The notes under the pieces: generated by a model
The model's input: only the letters and a program-made list of their open reading frames with translations
Told to the model about the DNA's origin: nothing
The model's database searches: none
Origin: Convolutriloba macropyga
Taxonomy: Eukaryota
DNA length: 64,000 nucleotides
Assembly (NCBI RefSeq): GCF_964194025.1
Contig: NC_134475.1
Location: forward strand, 43,214,001 to 43,278,000
Reading direction: 5' to 3'
Made by a program: the position numbers and the translations under genes
Part shown: one piece after another, positions 61,001-64,000 of the stretch
Numbering within the stretch: position 1 is the stretch's first letter
Layout: each line of letters starts with the position of its first letter

Positions 61001-62210
61001 TTTCATAGATAAAATGATGATTTTGGGATCAGTGCATTGACGTGCTCTATGAATTAGGACACTCAGATGTGGGACAGTGATTACGCTATCAGTAGGCTTC
61101 AACCCACACAAAAATGTATTATCGTATGCAGTTTTCGACAAAATGTATTGTTTATTGATATACCAGAGCGATTGATTGCCACAAAAAGCACAAAAATCGC
61201 TGCACACACGGTAGCACTTCAACCTGGAGAGACACTCCCTTAATGTCGGCCGATAGGCGAAATTTGCATGAAACAATGTAGTATATAGAATTAAGGTTTT
61301 GCAGAAACTCAGGTTCGGTAAATATTTTTGTTCTAGAATGCACTGGGACTCTGGGAAATTTTTCAGACGCAATGATACGTTACAAACATTAGCCTACTTA
61401 CGCACCACCCAACTCCGTGTTGCACAAAGACCCCGCTTGAGGAGACAAAAACGTTCCAAGTTTGCTTTGAAGCAAGTCGAAACTTGCCCTGAAGACCACG
61501 GCAGAGTAACCTTTAAAAATTAACTTTGGATAAGTGAACGGCGAGCACTTGTCGGCAGCAAAGTACTCTTAACGGCCAAATGGATCGACACCCATCCTGT
61601 TCAAGCATAATCTAGATGTTTCCATAACGTGACGGGATCTAAACCTACCGAGAGAGGTATTTTTCTTACAGTCTTTCCAAATAGATGTATGAGCCAACAT
61701 TCAATTTATCTTTCTCGGACGGACTTGCTTTGAGTGCTTCAAATGCGTGGTTGCTGTTTGGTGTTGGTCAGTTCAATCAACTTTGTGTCAAAAACCTCAT
61801 CGGAACTTTTACCCTTGATTGTTTGTTTCCAAGTTTTACCGTGAAAATTTGCAAGAGCATTGGACACCAAGGAGTTATTGCAAGCGGTATCGAGCAAAAC
61901 TAAAACCCTGGTATCTTTACCAGAAGATTTCGCCAAATTCACTAAGAGGCCTGATGGAGACCTTTCTCATTGCTGACAGATAAATTGTAGTAATCATTTG
62001 ATGATTACTACCTAGGTCTACTTTTGATTTTGACGGCCTTTACCTTCGCTCGTTGAGAGGGAGATTCTGCGTTAAGTAGACAACACTTGAAGGCGGTCGT
62101 TATCTTACAGACAACGCAGCGAATAGAGGGCAATGTTGCAGTTGAAGCCTGTTTGTATGCGCTCCTTTCCTCTGCGTTGGCACTAACTGTCTTTGCGGCA
62201 ACCTGCTCAT
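58090..62210 (-). mobile_element. Decayed BEL/Pao LTR retrotransposon (gag remnant-protease-RT-peptidase A17-integrase)
   Basis: Minus-strand remnants in Pao order: protease VLVLLDTACNNSLVS (~61900); RT SADIKGVSLQVEV...RFLW (~60070, ~61250); A17 AAPFTAGARLFLKDLW...WDD..IP (~59700-59540); integrase FVNVGID (~58870), CLTTRAVHVE (~58810), IWSD (~58690); C-terminal WSRWLKDY (~58320). Many stops and frameshifts. Confidence 0.85.
59367..61723. repeat. ~1178-bp tandem duplication inside the BEL/Pao remnant
   Basis: 59367-60544 vs 60545-61723; GA microhomology at the junction; copies differ by scattered substitutions. Confidence 0.95.
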
Positions 62211-63290
62211 GGTTACGGAATTAGCTCAAAAAGAGTTCGATTTTCTTATAATTGCAAAACAAAAACTTTCAGCTTGACAGGAAAACATTAAATCTGACAA
62301 CCTGGCGAAAGCTAACGCTAAATTCCTTCGTTTAGCTTATAGATATTTAGCTTTTAGATAATCAAAACAGAATTATAAAAACTAGTGCAGTTAGGTTGAG
62401 AGTGATTCATCTACCGTTAGTTGCTTCTGCTTTTTTATAAAATGTCAACCGAAAAGTCAACATGGTCAGGCATCAGTTTTGCATAAAGACACACACTACT
62501 ATAATTTCCTCAAACCTCATCCAATAGAACTTAAGCAAGCAAATAAAGCTGGCATCGAGTATCAGTTTTTCATTTATTTTTTTTTAAAATTTAAATGAAT
62601 AAAGCATCCTGGGCTAAACGACATCAAGGTAGGCTATTTTTTTTCACAATTTGACTTTACTCAGTAACTTCCTAGTGGAACAAAACTGGATCGTGACATA
62701 CAATGACGTGTTCCCATCACGAATATTGCCAGGATCTTATGCAGATATCTTATCTAGTAAAGTTTCACCTCTCTTCAATTATTGTGATGTCAAATTAACC
62801 AATCGTTTAAAAGTACTCACACAGTTTACTGGGACGCTTCGTTGAGCAGAATCTTGGGACCTTAAAGGCTTTGGTCCCTTTAAGCGCCGTGGCCACCGTC
62901 TGATGAAATTAGATCTCTCACTGGGAGCACGAAACACTTTCCTTGCAACATGCTCCATTGTTTTTTTTTTTAACTCCTGCAACCACTTTTCCAGCCAATT
63001 TACATATCTGAAATAAGACACCTGTTTTCAGTATAAAAGATTTGGAAGCCGATTAATAAAAGCTGCGCTATAATGACAATTGTACACGTTCGCATCGATT
63101 TACATAAAAATTTACTGTACAAGACGGCACAAACACAGATGCAGAAAAGCTTAATTGGGGGTTAACACACCAAGAGCATATCCGTACATAAAACCATTGA
63201 TCTCATTTTACAACAAGAAATCGTATTTACATATTTAAAAATTTTTTCGTCATAAGTGTTGCTACTGAATTTTAATAAGGATGTATCCTT

Positions 63291-63451
63291 ATCCAATCAA
63301 AAAGCTGTTTTCTGATTGGATGACGCCCGGAGGATATTATGGAGAGCAAGCGTGAGCGAGGGGGAAAATAAAAGGGAGACACTTAACTTTGGAGTGCAAT
63401 TAAGTCAACCTCCACTAATTACTCACTCAATCGACCGACTTCCTTATAAAA
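63291..63451 (+). promoter_or_regulatory. Putative promoter: inverted pair of CCAAT boxes and a TATA-like box
   Basis: ATCCAATCA (63291-63299) and TGATTGGAT (63313-63321) form an inverted repeat. TATAAAA at 63445-63451 lies ~450 bp upstream of the ATG at 63904. Confidence 0.35.
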
Positions 63452-63903
63452 ACAACAACAAAAATCAGTTGATCTATTAAATATTATGGTTATTCAAACC
63501 ATTACCAACACAGATTGTTATAGTCACGCTCATTAACATAGCTGTAGGGTATAATCAGGCATCCATTTTTCATTAATTCCTTTCAATTTATTTCAATCAC
63601 AACTTGTTTTAATTTAGATGAATAGTAAAATCTTTTAATTCTAATAAGCAATAAACTGAATCCCAAGTTTAGTTTCCTTGGTCCATTCTCCTCCATTATA
63701 ATTTTTTCCATCTTTCATTAAAATTTTTGGCGCTTGAAACGACTAGTACTAAACGTATTTCTAGTCAACAGCGATAGCTGTAATTGTCATTCGTTTCTGT
63801 TAGTCCTTTTACAGTTTTACAGCTATTTTTTATTAATCGTCAAAATCTAGTCTCTCGTTCCAACAACATAATTTAGCAACCTGCGAATTCAAAAAACGCG
63901 ATT

Positions 63904-64000
63904 ATGTGCGACTTTGGGACAGTTGGCCTTGGTCCTGGTGCCCAATCTAACTTCTACTTCAACAGAGAGCAGATAGAGTGCATAGCCGAGGTCATGTTCC
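63904..64000 (+). CDS. Probable N-terminus of a SIX-family homeobox protein (runs off window)
   Basis: MCDFGTVGLGPGAQSNFYFNREQIECIAEVMF; FNREQIECIAEV resembles the SIX-domain start F(T/S)xEQVACVCE(V/A)L. Only 32 codons are visible. Confidence 0.4.
   Translation, partial: MCDFGTVGLGPGAQSNFYFNREQIECIAEVMF

Overview
AT-rich, repeat-dense animal (invertebrate-like) genomic DNA with spliceosomal introns; the species cannot be determined from the window. Host genes: (i) a three-exon minus-strand RluA-family pseudouridine synthase most like RPUSD4 (exons 56338-56044, 48227-48051, 37399-36750; 373 aa), whose first coding exon and upstream DNA lie in an apparently perfect 974-bp tandem duplication; (ii) a two-exon minus-strand gene (32419-31986, 23481-22998; 305 aa) resembling a divergent MCRIP/FAM195 protein; (iii) probably the first 32 codons of a plus-strand SIX-domain gene at the right edge. 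The rest is mostly mobile DNA. It includes a decayed, partly triplicated CMC/EnSpm-type transposase followed by a ~170-bp satellite (1-10.7 kb), a decayed BEL/Pao LTR retrotransposon (58-62 kb), a ~650-bp tandem array carrying tRNA-derived heads (33.5-35.7 kb) and a histone H2B fragment. It also holds about 25 non-autonomous Helentron/DINE-like (HINE) copies in terminus-defined families, here called A1/A2/A3, B and C. The most striking pattern is that all complete HINEs point the same way (minus strand), and every family C copy with a recognisable host sits in the same oligo-T tract ~50 bp inside the 5' end of a family A element. This holds across three host subfamilies while empty hosts coexist, suggesting site-specific element-in-element targeting. 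Most short entries in the ORF track are spurious products of these repeats. All calls were made by eye, with no database searches.
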